From Escherichia phage BUCT618, in sequence record OM735461.1: a stretch of DNA of 38,270 nt. One strand, given 5' to 3'. Positions 15,719 through 23,357 of this stretch are shown here, piece by piece (the stretch's first letter is position 1; each line of letters begins with the position of its first letter). Both the position numbers and the translations under genes were made by a program. The notes beneath the pieces are model-generated. The model saw only the letters and a program-made list of their open reading frames with translations. It was not told the DNA's origin and did not search any database.

Positions 15719-16658
15719 CTGGTAACTCTATCGTTTCGAGCCTGCATTCAAATGGGCCGCCAGCGTTATTGCCAACGAATTGAACTGACTGGCAGATATA
15801 AAATCCATTATAGTCTTTGCCGCGCTCAACCGGGTAGGTCTTTTCCTTTTGCACCTGCTGAGTCTTTCCGCTCTTTTTGTCTTTCTTTACCTGTGTGCCA
15901 TCCATCACGCCAGTGCCGCCGGAATCAACGGTCCACGATGATGACTCCAGCTTAACCACCTTGCCCGGCCTTAAATCGGGGTGAAGCTGACACCGTATAT
16001 TTACACCCTTCTCTGATACCGATGGCGCTTCAAGCAAGCCGGATGATGAATCCAGTACGATAGCCTCGCCATCAATCGGCTTAGTGATTGGCGTGACCTG
16101 TAATTCATTGTCCTGAATAGACCACTCACCACCGGCGTTGCGCACAACCTGGTCAAGTGCAAGCTGTGATTTTCCATGCAGGGTAATGGAGCCATCAAGC
16201 AAGCCTTTGAGGATGTTGGCTGACTCTTTCAGCGCGATGCCCATATCGCGCGCTGTCTGCTCAACTATGGTCCTGATCGGCGTTCCTGCTGCGTAATTCC
16301 TGCTGGTAATAGACTGACTGAATGACCGGAATCCATCCCCGGCTTTAATCTCGGTCTTCCAGTCAACATCCTCTTTCACCGTCGAAACGAATACGACATC
16401 ACCCACAAAGATGAGCTTGTTGTCGCCATCGTAACCCGCATACAGCCGAACGGATTTGGCGTCCCGTTCAATGCGTCTGCGGTCGGTTTCTGCCAGGTTA
16501 TAAATCGCAATGACTCCCTGATTTGGCGTCTTGCTGCGGCTCATCTTGATATCGAAATCCACCTGCAACATGCGTCCGGCGTCATTCTTCTGGTCGTAAA
16601 CGATAGCCTCGTTTTCGTAGATAACCTCTAGATATGCCTCGCTCTTGAAATACCTCAT
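15708..16658 (-). CDS. Baseplate hub/tail protein
   Basis: 316-aa ORF in the baseplate cluster. Synteny only. Confidence 0.45.
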   Translation of the reverse strand: MRYFKSEAYLEVIYENEAIVYDQKNDAGRMLQVDFDIKMSRSKTPNQGVIAIYNLAETDRRRIERDAKSVRLYAGYDGDNKLIFVGDVVFVSTVKEDVDWKTEIKAGDGFRSFSQSITSRNYAAGTPIRTIVEQTARDMGIALKESANILKGLLDGSITLHGKSQLALDQVVRNAGGEWSIQDNELQVTPITKPIDGEAIVLDSSSGLLEAPSVSEKGVNIRCQLHPDLRPGKVVKLESSSWTVDSGGTGVMDGTQVKKDKKSGKTQQVQKEKTYPVERGKDYNGFYICQSVQFVGNNAGGPFECRLETIELPDAT

Positions 16659-17044
16659 CGCGCGTACCCGGTATCAGCAACAAATTCATTGTAGTTAACT
16701 TTTGGCACGTACAGCAGCAGATGATCAACTCCGAACGACTCAAACGTTAACTCTTTTTGCTCTGGTGTTACCGAGACAAGAAACAGGCCGCCAAGCGAAT
16801 CCTGAGCGTGAGGCTCAAGAATGTCGCAGCCGCCAGTGATAACTATGCCATAAGCCTCAAATTCATCGTTTGAGATGTCCATATTCCAGCAGCCTTCTGG
16901 AACCCATCCATCATCAGCGGCGAGAGCTGAAAGGCTTTCATCGAAATCAGACCAGTACAGGCGAATGGTTGTCGGCTTTCCGTCCAGGTCCATGCGCATG
17001 GTCTGGTCCGGGTACTGCTCAATTGGTATAAGGATATTGTCCAT
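16655..17044 (-). CDS. Tail/baseplate-associated hypothetical protein
   Basis: 129-aa ORF, overlapping stop/start coupling on both sides. Confidence 0.45.
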   Translation of the reverse strand: MDNILIPIEQYPDQTMRMDLDGKPTTIRLYWSDFDESLSALAADDGWVPEGCWNMDISNDEFEAYGIVITGGCDILEPHAQDSLGGLFLVSVTPEQKELTFESFGVDHLLLYVPKVNYNEFVADTGYAR

Positions 17045-17733
17045 CAGTTAAGCCACCCGTTAATTTTTTTAGCTCCCCATTCACCAGATTGCAGAAGCCA
17101 TGATTTCGACTTCTCTGGCGTAGCTGCGCCAACCTTCTTACCTGCGGCGTTAATCTGTCCTGCGGTATTCGATTTCTTGCCAACATCCTTTTTAGGGGCC
17201 ATCTTCTTAGACCCGCCATTTTTGTTGTCACTCATTGCACTGGCAGGAACCTGAGTGGTTCTCGCTGAGATGATGTTGATGCCAGTCAGCGTGGCGGTGA
17301 AGAATAGCGCGTCACTGGTCGTCAGGTCACGATTGACGGTAATGGGACCATCAAAGAACATATTCTTATAAGTTCCGAGCGATGTCACCAGCGTAAAAGG
17401 CTCGCGCATCTTGCGAATCTCATGCAGCTTGGCGAGCTTGTCCTCCCAAGTGCTCATAGTGGACGGGGTAAATCCGTCGTCCAGTGCTGACTGCACAAGC
17501 TCAATCCCCTTATTCAGTAGCGACTGGTCAGTGAAAATCCCCTGAATGGTCACGCTGTCAGGCTCGATCAGGATGTTATCAGAGATTGTCGCCCCGTCCT
17601 GCACTGGCTTGCGGGTGATGGTGTGGTTAAACGTATGTGTTTCAACCTGAGTCACATCAATCGGAATGACTGAAATCTGGTTATAGTCACTGCCAAACAG
17701 CTTTCTCAGTACGCCGGGTTCGAAAATAAGCAT
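17044..17733 (-). CDS. Tail-associated protein downstream of the tape measure
   Basis: 229-aa ORF. Its ATG (17733-17731) shares one base with the tape-measure TGA stop (17735-17733), reading ATGA on the minus strand. Basic C-terminus. Confidence 0.45.
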   Translation of the reverse strand: MLIFEPGVLRKLFGSDYNQISVIPIDVTQVETHTFNHTITRKPVQDGATISDNILIEPDSVTIQGIFTDQSLLNKGIELVQSALDDGFTPSTMSTWEDKLAKLHEIRKMREPFTLVTSLGTYKNMFFDGPITVNRDLTTSDALFFTATLTGINIISARTTQVPASAMSDNKNGGSKKMAPKKDVGKKSNTAGQINAAGKKVGAATPEKSKSWLLQSGEWGAKKINGWLN

Positions 17734-19298
17734 CAGTATTTAACCCCCGTATCAGTTCCTTTCACTCTTGATGCGTTGTCTCTTCGTAGCTCCTGTCGTA
17801 TAGCCTGTGCAGTTGCTACCGGATTTTCAGCGCCATTGACAATAATCTCGCCAACTGTTGTGTTCCCGCTGTTAGTGGTAATGACGTTTGCTCTACCGGC
17901 ATTAGCTTGTGCCAGTCCCTGAGCCATTGTCGGCGGCGCAATAACAGTATTTCCTGGAATATCTAACTGCCGGTTTGCGCCTTTTACTATTTCCGCATAA
18001 CCCGGGATGCGCTCATGACCTGGAATATCAGGCTGTAGGTTGCTTTGTGTTCTATAATTCCTGTTTGGATTGTACGACCCGCCAGACAATGACGTCATAA
18101 GTTCCTGCATCCATTCAGGCATGGAGTTGTAAATGGCTTTGTCTATCCTTCCCAGCGCACCGATGATGTAATCAACAAGCCCGTCCCATATACCCCTTAT
18201 GCTGGTGTCCATTCCTTTGAAACTTTCAATTATGCGCCCTGTAACTGAGTCTCCGCCGGTGAAGTAGGTATATACATCCTGTATGGCAAGAATGAGCGCG
18301 CCGATTGCAAGTCCTACCAGCGCAGGACCAGCAGCAGCGGCAGCCCACGCCAGCAATGCACCTGCTCGCATTGTGGCGAATGCCGTTGTTAGCGCATTGG
18401 TTAGCGCGATTAGTTTTGCCCATGACGCGATTGCAGCAGAGCCAACCAGGTAAGGCATGGCAATAGCTGCAGCTATGCCCAGGTATTTGATGGAGGCAAT
18501 GAGACCTTTAATCGCAGCGGTAAGGCCATTAACTATCTCATCGCCGTGAAGGTCGAAAAACTCCTTCATCTGGCGTGTTATTCGCGTGAATATCGGCAGC
18601 AGGTTAGAGGCTACGATATTCCATAGTCCTTTGATACGCGCCTGTAACAAGTCCATTTCACGGGTATATTCCCGCGCCATGTCGATGTTTTCCTGGCTAA
18701 TTACCAGCCCGGATTCTCGCGCCTGCTTCTGAAGTGCCGCGATTTTTTCGGATGTCTGCGCAAAAAATTCACCGCCAACATCTGCAAGCCCGCCACCGAA
18801 AAGGGCATCAGCAAGGAATTGCCGCTTGCCCTGCTCTTTAACCTCGCTCAGTTTATTCCTGACAAGCCTAAAAAGCCCTTCGATATTGTTGCCGTACTGT
18901 TTGACCTGGGCCTGCGTGATGCCGATTTCGCCAAACGCATCAGCATTAGCCTTACCGTCAAGCGCAAACTCGCCAGCACGCATCGACAGCTCTTTCATGC
19001 CATCAGCAAGCTGGTCTTGCTCAATACCGAATGATTTTGCGGCGAAGGCGGTGGCCTGGAACGCCTCAGCGTTGACGTTCAGGCGCTTGGTTAACTGGTC
19101 AATCTCTGTTGCTGTATTGGCAAAGTCATTAACCATCGCATAAGCCGCACCGGTGACCGCTGTGGCCGCCGATGCTGCAATGGTGATAAGACCAGCCATA
19201 ACCTTAGTGACGTCCTTAACGGACTGCTCGGCATCGTTAAATGAAGCATCATCAACATCGAGGCCGATGTAACCCAAAAGCTCAGTGACAAATGCCAT
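17733..19298 (-). CDS. Tail tape measure protein
   Basis: 521 aa, Ala/Gly-rich with hydrophobic central helices (AAIAMPYLVGSAAIASWAKLIALTNALTTAFATM..). Follows the frameshifted chaperone. Confidence 0.8.
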   Translation of the reverse strand: MAFVTELLGYIGLDVDDASFNDAEQSVKDVTKVMAGLITIAASAATAVTGAAYAMVNDFANTATEIDQLTKRLNVNAEAFQATAFAAKSFGIEQDQLADGMKELSMRAGEFALDGKANADAFGEIGITQAQVKQYGNNIEGLFRLVRNKLSEVKEQGKRQFLADALFGGGLADVGGEFFAQTSEKIAALQKQARESGLVISQENIDMAREYTREMDLLQARIKGLWNIVASNLLPIFTRITRQMKEFFDLHGDEIVNGLTAAIKGLIASIKYLGIAAAIAMPYLVGSAAIASWAKLIALTNALTTAFATMRAGALLAWAAAAAGPALVGLAIGALILAIQDVYTYFTGGDSVTGRIIESFKGMDTSIRGIWDGLVDYIIGALGRIDKAIYNSMPEWMQELMTSLSGGSYNPNRNYRTQSNLQPDIPGHERIPGYAEIVKGANRQLDIPGNTVIAPPTMAQGLAQANAGRANVITTNSGNTTVGEIIVNGAENPVATAQAIRQELRRDNASRVKGTDTGVKY

Positions 19299-19839
19299 TA
19301 GTCGGCCTCATAAAGTGATTCGTTGATTCTGCGATTAATCTCAGCTTCGACGTGAAGTGATTCGCAGCAGTCCAGGAACATTTGATAAGTCCATTTGTTC
19401 AGTACGTCATCCGGGCTTGCATAGTATGCTTTGGCTACGCGCATCACCGCCGCCATCTCATCAGAGTATGACGGCTGGATGTCACGCGTGTAAATCAGCT
19501 TTCCGCCGACCCTGAGTTCTCCGCCATCTTGCGTTGAAACATAGCGGTCGCCTTCCCCAAAAAACTTGGGTACATCTCCTTGACGTAAGCAAAGAAAACG
19601 GTATCGGCAAGGTCAATCTGGCCTTCAAAGAATTTGTCGAAATCAAGCGGCTGGTTATCGACTTCCGCGCCGTTCAGCATAGATTTTAGCAGTTCGTACT
19701 GCTCATCGCCTTGCAGTTTTCCCTGATAGGTCAGCGCCGCGATGTTCATCAGCTTGGCCTGAATGCGGAAGCCTTCGCGTGTGGTTGGCATGACTACGCT
19801 GAAAGTGTGTTCGCCTGCTTTGATGTCTTTGAGTTGCAT
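19298..19839 (-). CDS. Tail assembly chaperone, -1 frameshift-extended (GT-like) product
   Basis: Slippery heptamer T TTT TTG at 19564..19558. The -1 frame is open from there to the TAA at 19300..19298, which overlaps the tape-measure ATG (TAATG). Confidence 0.65.
19495..19839 (-). CDS. Tail assembly chaperone (short, G-like product)
   Basis: 114-aa ORF directly upstream of the tape measure. SD GGAG. Confidence 0.7.
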   Translation of the reverse strand: MQLKDIKAGEHTFSVVMPTTREGFRIQAKLMNIAALTYQGKLQGDEQYELLKSMLNGAEVDNQPLDFDKFFEGQIDLADTVFFAYVKEMYPSFLGKATAMFQRKMAENSGSAES

Positions 19840-19866
19840 GGTATGTCTCCGTGTTTGGTTGACATA

Positions 19867-19876
19867 ATTATAACAC
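19867..19876 (-). promoter_or_regulatory. Extended -10 promoter (TGTTATAAT) for the chaperone/tape-measure/baseplate operon
   Basis: Reverse complement reads ccgTGtTATAATtatg, about 28 nt upstream of the ATG at 19839. It lies immediately after the terminator at 19892-19911. Confidence 0.55.
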
Positions 19877-19891
19877 GGAGGGAGGGGAATG

Positions 19892-19911
19892 AAAAAAGCC
19901 CCGTTAGGGGC
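19892..19911 (-). terminator. Rho-independent terminator ending the accessory island
   Basis: Minus strand GCCCC-taac-GGGGC followed by TTTTTT, directly after the stop at 19912. Confidence 0.75.
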
Positions 19912-20160
19912 CTAGAATTTCACTACTTTTGCTGATTTCACATTTGGTGGGTCAAAGTCAGGTACAAATATTGGCATCCAGTGGGTTGCTTCCCTTATGA
20001 CATATCCACCTATCTCCTTGAATCTTGGCCTGGAGAATCTTTCTGTCCCTGCTCTTTTACTGACCTCATATATGCAAAATGGCTGAATGTATGCGCCATT
20101 AAAAACGTGAACTATTTCCCCAACGGCAGGCAATCTCTCACTGCACTTAATCCATTCCAT
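19912..20160 (-). CDS. DUF551-like protein
   Basis: MEWIKCSERLP.. signature N-terminus of DUF551 phage proteins. Confidence 0.65.
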   Translation of the reverse strand: MEWIKCSERLPAVGEIVHVFNGAYIQPFCIYEVSKRAGTERFSRPRFKEIGGYVIREATHWMPIFVPDFDPPNVKSAKVVKF

Positions 20161-20163
20161 CAG

Positions 20164-20292
20164 TCAACCCTCATCTTCATAATCAGAAAAACACTTAGCA
20201 GAAAGGTTATCCCCATCGCAAAGCGTTGCTTTCCCGTACACCTCAAATATCCATTTTGCAAAATCCAGCGTAAATTCGTCATATGCTGTCAT
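20164..20292 (-). CDS. Hypothetical 42-aa protein (below the ORF-track cutoff)
   Basis: MTAYDEFTLDFAKWIFEVYGKATLCDGDNLSAKCFSDYEDEG. ATGA coupling with the upstream gene. Its stop lies 3 nt before the next ATG. Confidence 0.45.
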   Translation of the reverse strand: MTAYDEFTLDFAKWIFEVYGKATLCDGDNLSAKCFSDYEDEG

Positions 20293-20588
20293 TTCTTCAC
20301 CCCATACTTACGGTTAATATCATACTCACTGGTACACAGCAGGATAATGAACTCGATAAACGCAACGAAAAAGGTGATTCCAGTCCAGCAGAACAGAATG
20401 TACATCACCCCGGAAAACGGTCGCCCCAGGTAGAAGCGGTGAATGCCAATAAAACCGAAGAAGAAGCAAAGCAGCACCGCGGTAACTTTGCTCTTCGTGT
20501 AAACCTGTTGCTTCGCGCCGCAGTTAGGGCAATCGGTCGCTGATTCGTGGATTTGTGTGCCGCAAGCGCGGCAGTAAGTGTTGCTCAT
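20289..20588 (-). CDS. Zinc-ribbon + TM2-domain membrane protein
   Basis: CRACGTQ..CPNCG zinc ribbon, followed by two hydrophobic helices with GIHRFYLG (TM2-domain signature). Confidence 0.7.
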   Translation of the reverse strand: MSNTYCRACGTQIHESATDCPNCGAKQQVYTKSKVTAVLLCFFFGFIGIHRFYLGRPFSGVMYILFCWTGITFFVAFIEFIILLCTSEYDINRKYGVKK

Positions 20589-20824
20589 TTACCCTCCCAT
20601 GATATGTATTTTGCGTGAAGTTTGTTTCTCATTTCCTGTAAATGAAATTCTGGAACTGTTACAAAGTGCTCACTGTTATCGTCTCCCTCTGGTATGAACT
20701 CAAAAAGAACGCCGTCAATCCATCTCATGGTTGCCGACCAAATCTGTCCATTGTGGCACCAAATTGAAACAAACTGACCACTGCCGGGAAGTTCATCAAG
20801 AAAATCAATTGTGCTTTCAGTCAT
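20585..20824 (-). CDS. Hypothetical protein
   Basis: 79-aa ORF, ATGA-type coupling downstream. Confidence 0.5.
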   Translation of the reverse strand: MTESTIDFLDELPGSGQFVSIWCHNGQIWSATMRWIDGVLFEFIPEGDDNSEHFVTVPEFHLQEMRNKLHAKYISWEGK

Positions 20825-20854
20825 TTGTTAACCCTCGTAAAAACAGACCCATCA

Positions 20855-20881
20855 CTAAGCGCGGCAGTAGATGTTGCTCAT
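20855..20881 (-). pseudogene. Truncated 5' remnant (MSNIYCRA*) of a paralogue of the zinc-ribbon/TM2 gene
   Basis: ATGAGCAACATCTACTGCCGCGCTT differs at two positions from the start of the gene at 20588 (ATGAGCAACACTTACTGCCGCGCTT). It has its own SD-like GGGTGA. Confidence 0.5.
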
Positions 20882-20897
20882 TTTAATCACCCTTGTA

Positions 20898-21161
20898 TCA
20901 AATTTTACCTTCAGCCATCAGCCCTTCGACTAATGTCATTTTATAAGTCGCAGGCTTCCATGACTGCATTGCCCTTTCAGCGCCTTTGCGTGTTTTGTAA
21001 GGCTTAATGGATGGAACTATAGCGCTCACAACCCCCTGCCCATAACCTCTGTCTGTCTCCTGGAACACCCTGAAAAAGCCGGAGTCTTCTTTGACAACGA
21101 GTCGTTTAAAGGCATAAACACCAGTATCTTTGTTTAGGTAACGGCTAAGTATGATTTCCAT
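20898..21161 (-). CDS. Hypothetical protein, first gene of the accessory island
   Basis: 87-aa ORF, SD AAGGAG. Confidence 0.55.
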   Translation of the reverse strand: MEIILSRYLNKDTGVYAFKRLVVKEDSGFFRVFQETDRGYGQGVVSAIVPSIKPYKTRKGAERAMQSWKPATYKMTLVEGLMAEGKI

Positions 21162-21344
21162 GATTACTCCTTGTGGTGTTATTGGTGGGGTGGCGTGCTT
21201 CGTCGGTAGCCTCGGTTAAGTAACCGCACTAGCGTTCTCCGTTTCCGGTAGTGTGTGCGTTCTGGCCTCACGGTTGGGAATCCTGACACTACGATCAAGC
21301 CCCTGCGTTGCTCCTCTCCTGCTGCATCCTGCCGCCTCCCTATG
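21162..21344 (-). promoter_or_regulatory. Long GC-rich structured 5' leader (candidate cis-regulatory RNA / leader-peptide attenuator)
   Basis: About 180 nt between a strong promoter and the first island gene. Contains a GNRA hairpin CCG-GAAA-CGG and hairpin CGGTT-ACTT-AACCG. Pairings GTAGTGT/ACACTAC and CACTA/TAGTG are mutually exclusive. A 10-codon ORF with a good SD sits at 21327..21295. Confidence 0.4.
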
Positions 21345-21350
21345 TGTTGA

Positions 21351-21378
21351 ACTATACACCACATTTCTATTGTGTCAA
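21351..21378 (-). promoter_or_regulatory. Strong sigma70-like promoter (GGTTGACAC-N16-TATAGT)
   Basis: TTGACA at 21378..21373 and TATAGT at 21356..21351, immediately after the tail-tube terminator. Confidence 0.65.
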
Positions 21379-21391
21379 CCATTACATGCGT

Positions 21392-21411
21392 AAAAAAGGG
21401 GCCGAAGCCCC
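21392..21411 (-). terminator. Rho-independent terminator after the tail tube gene
   Basis: Minus strand GGGGC-ttcg-GCCCC followed by TTTTTT. Confidence 0.75.
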
Positions 21412-21418
21412 AATTTGT

Positions 21419-21832
21419 TTAATCCAGTGCCTGACCTGTATGGATGATATAGCCATCCACAAACTTGAAGGTGAATTGCACGATGGTTAACTCCTGCGCC
21501 TTCACCAGGGCCGGAGGCCGCGCCAGCATCGCCTCTTTTGCGCCGGCAACCTCGCCAGTGCTGTTTCGGTCAATCAACAGGAGTGGCAGCGGTTTGCCAG
21601 CCTCATAAAGCGCCTGCCATGCCGCCTTTGTCGGGCTTACGTCCTGCAAGGAGACAACGCAAGTGCCTGTTTTATCAAGGGATTTGACGAAAGCGCCACC
21701 ACCTTTAATGGAAGCGTAGGTGTTCCAGATGTCATTGTTAAATGTAAAGTTGAACATCTCGCCATTGGCTACAGCTCTTGCCGCCACTCCGCCCCAGCTT
21801 AATGTAACTTTCTCAGGGTTATAAATTGGCAC
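21419..21832 (-). CDS. Tail tube protein
   Basis: 137-aa ORF directly downstream of the sheath gene. Assigned by synteny. Confidence 0.7.
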   Translation of the reverse strand: MPIYNPEKVTLSWGGVAARAVANGEMFNFTFNNDIWNTYASIKGGGAFVKSLDKTGTCVVSLQDVSPTKAAWQALYEAGKPLPLLLIDRNSTGEVAGAKEAMLARPPALVKAQELTIVQFTFKFVDGYIIHTGQALD

Positions 21833-21834
21833 GA

Positions 21835-23307
21835 TTAGATACCCCCAATTGACCAGGTGCCGCGAACAACCCAGCCATCAATGGCGGAGTTTAGCGTTGC
21901 CTGATATACGTCGTTAAATGTTGCCTGACCGGATTTACGCACAGACGCAGGAATGCTGTCAGGGTCTGGCAGTGATACGGTGTAATCTTCCAGGATAATA
22001 CGGCGGTCTACCGCTCTCTCCAGCCACTCACGAATCAGCGCTTCAGCATCCGTGAACGTTTCTTCGTCGAATGCCATCAGCGGCGTGCGGAATGCGTAAT
22101 TCGCCAGGCTTGCCTGCAGATTGTTATCGAACCAGTCTGCACCCCACTGAATACGGATTTCCCTGTCGGTACAGGTGCGCCCTTTGAACAGGTGCGTGAA
22201 CGTTGTATTCGTGAATGTTTCCACGAAGTTGTAACCCTTAGCCCGAAGGTTATTCTGCTCTGTTGGGCTTAATCCTGAGTCGCTGGCGGTGGTCAGGGTT
22301 TTATAATCCCACTGCTGAGCGCCCGGGTCAGTCCAGAGCATTCGACCAAGAATCGCAGCGTCAGGACGCTGACCGGTCATGTCCACACCATTAACCACGC
22401 CAGTGGGGTGATAGATTACTGACGACCGCTCCATGCTGGTATTGCGCAACTGATAGCCGATGTCACTCGTTGCAGTGTTAAGCACAGCATTTTGGTCGGT
22501 AGTCATGAACATGGCCTGAGCCTTGTTCTCCGTGCTTGACTGAACCCATGCTGCGATTGTTTTCTGGTCTGCAATAGCATCAGCATTAACGCCAGCGTAA
22601 GCGTAGAAATAAGCGTTTCCACCACGTGAGTAGAAATCATTCATGACATCAGGGAATGACTCGCCAGTGGTTTGAGCGGTTCCGGTAGTTGACACCGAGC
22701 CAGCAGATGTTGCCAGTTTCATCGCCTGCGACAGAGCGGTATCTCCGCCAGTGATGGTGACGCTTGATGCGCTGCCAGTTGTCGCAGAGGTTACGATAAA
22801 TTGCGCGGTTCCTGCCGCCCATGCAACGGTGGCCACAGGCGTGGTCTTGTTGTTAAGCGCGGTAGCAACGTCATCCATAGAAGCGACACTGGAAAGGTCA
22901 ACTCCAGTAATGGCCTTTGGCGTGCCGTCGATGGTCAGGCTCATGGCACCATCACTAATGCCGGTGAATTTTGCCAGCGCCTGCTCTTCAGAAGAAAGCA
23001 CGCCGCCGGTGAGTTTGCCAGCAGTTGCCGGAGTGTTTAAGGCGGTCTTGTTCCAGTAAATCACTGCAACGTCAGCAGGCGCGCCACCTTCCTGCGAGAA
23101 GTGGGTTTGCAGCCACTTGAACTCAACAGGATGCGACACCGCATCAACCTCGTCAGCATAGGAGTCAGGGGTGAGGATGCGATAACGCTCACCGCTGAAT
23201 AAATCGTTTGTTGTTATAAAGCCTGCGCGGTTCAGCACATCGACAGTGGCTACTTTATCGTTCAGCAGCGTATCGACCGCGAAACGGCGGCGAATCGGAG
23301 TAGGCAT
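21835..23307 (-). CDS. Contractile tail sheath protein
   Basis: 490 aa, upstream of the tube gene. The conserved C-terminal half resembles DUF3383-type sheath proteins (from memory). Confidence 0.75.
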   Translation of the reverse strand: MPTPIRRRFAVDTLLNDKVATVDVLNRAGFITTNDLFSGERYRILTPDSYADEVDAVSHPVEFKWLQTHFSQEGGAPADVAVIYWNKTALNTPATAGKLTGGVLSSEEQALAKFTGISDGAMSLTIDGTPKAITGVDLSSVASMDDVATALNNKTTPVATVAWAAGTAQFIVTSATTGSASSVTITGGDTALSQAMKLATSAGSVSTTGTAQTTGESFPDVMNDFYSRGGNAYFYAYAGVNADAIADQKTIAAWVQSSTENKAQAMFMTTDQNAVLNTATSDIGYQLRNTSMERSSVIYHPTGVVNGVDMTGQRPDAAILGRMLWTDPGAQQWDYKTLTTASDSGLSPTEQNNLRAKGYNFVETFTNTTFTHLFKGRTCTDREIRIQWGADWFDNNLQASLANYAFRTPLMAFDEETFTDAEALIREWLERAVDRRIILEDYTVSLPDPDSIPASVRKSGQATFNDVYQATLNSAIDGWVVRGTWSIGGI

Positions 23308-23343
23308 GTTTAAATCCTCGTTTTGGCAAGTACTTGCCTGGTA

Positions 23344-23352
23344 ATAATATCA
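23344..23352 (-). promoter_or_regulatory. Candidate extended -10 promoter (GTGATATTAT) upstream of the sheath gene
   Basis: TG-a-TATTAT on the minus strand. Followed by palindrome GGCAAGTACTTGCC (23325-23338) and SD GAGGA. Confidence 0.35.
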
Positions 23353-23357
23353 CAGCC

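Noticed and set aside
19859-19864. Plus-strand GGTTGACATAA box matching the early-promoter -35 family.
   Set aside because: There is no -10 element at the proper spacing and no plus-strand gene downstream. The same bases form the extended -10 TGTTATAAT of a minus-strand promoter, which fits the gene layout.
21179-21382. 67-aa minus-strand ORF covering the island leader.
   Set aside because: Its start codon lies upstream of the -10 element of the promoter that must transcribe the region. The peptide is Arg-rich, as is typical of GC-rich non-coding sequence.
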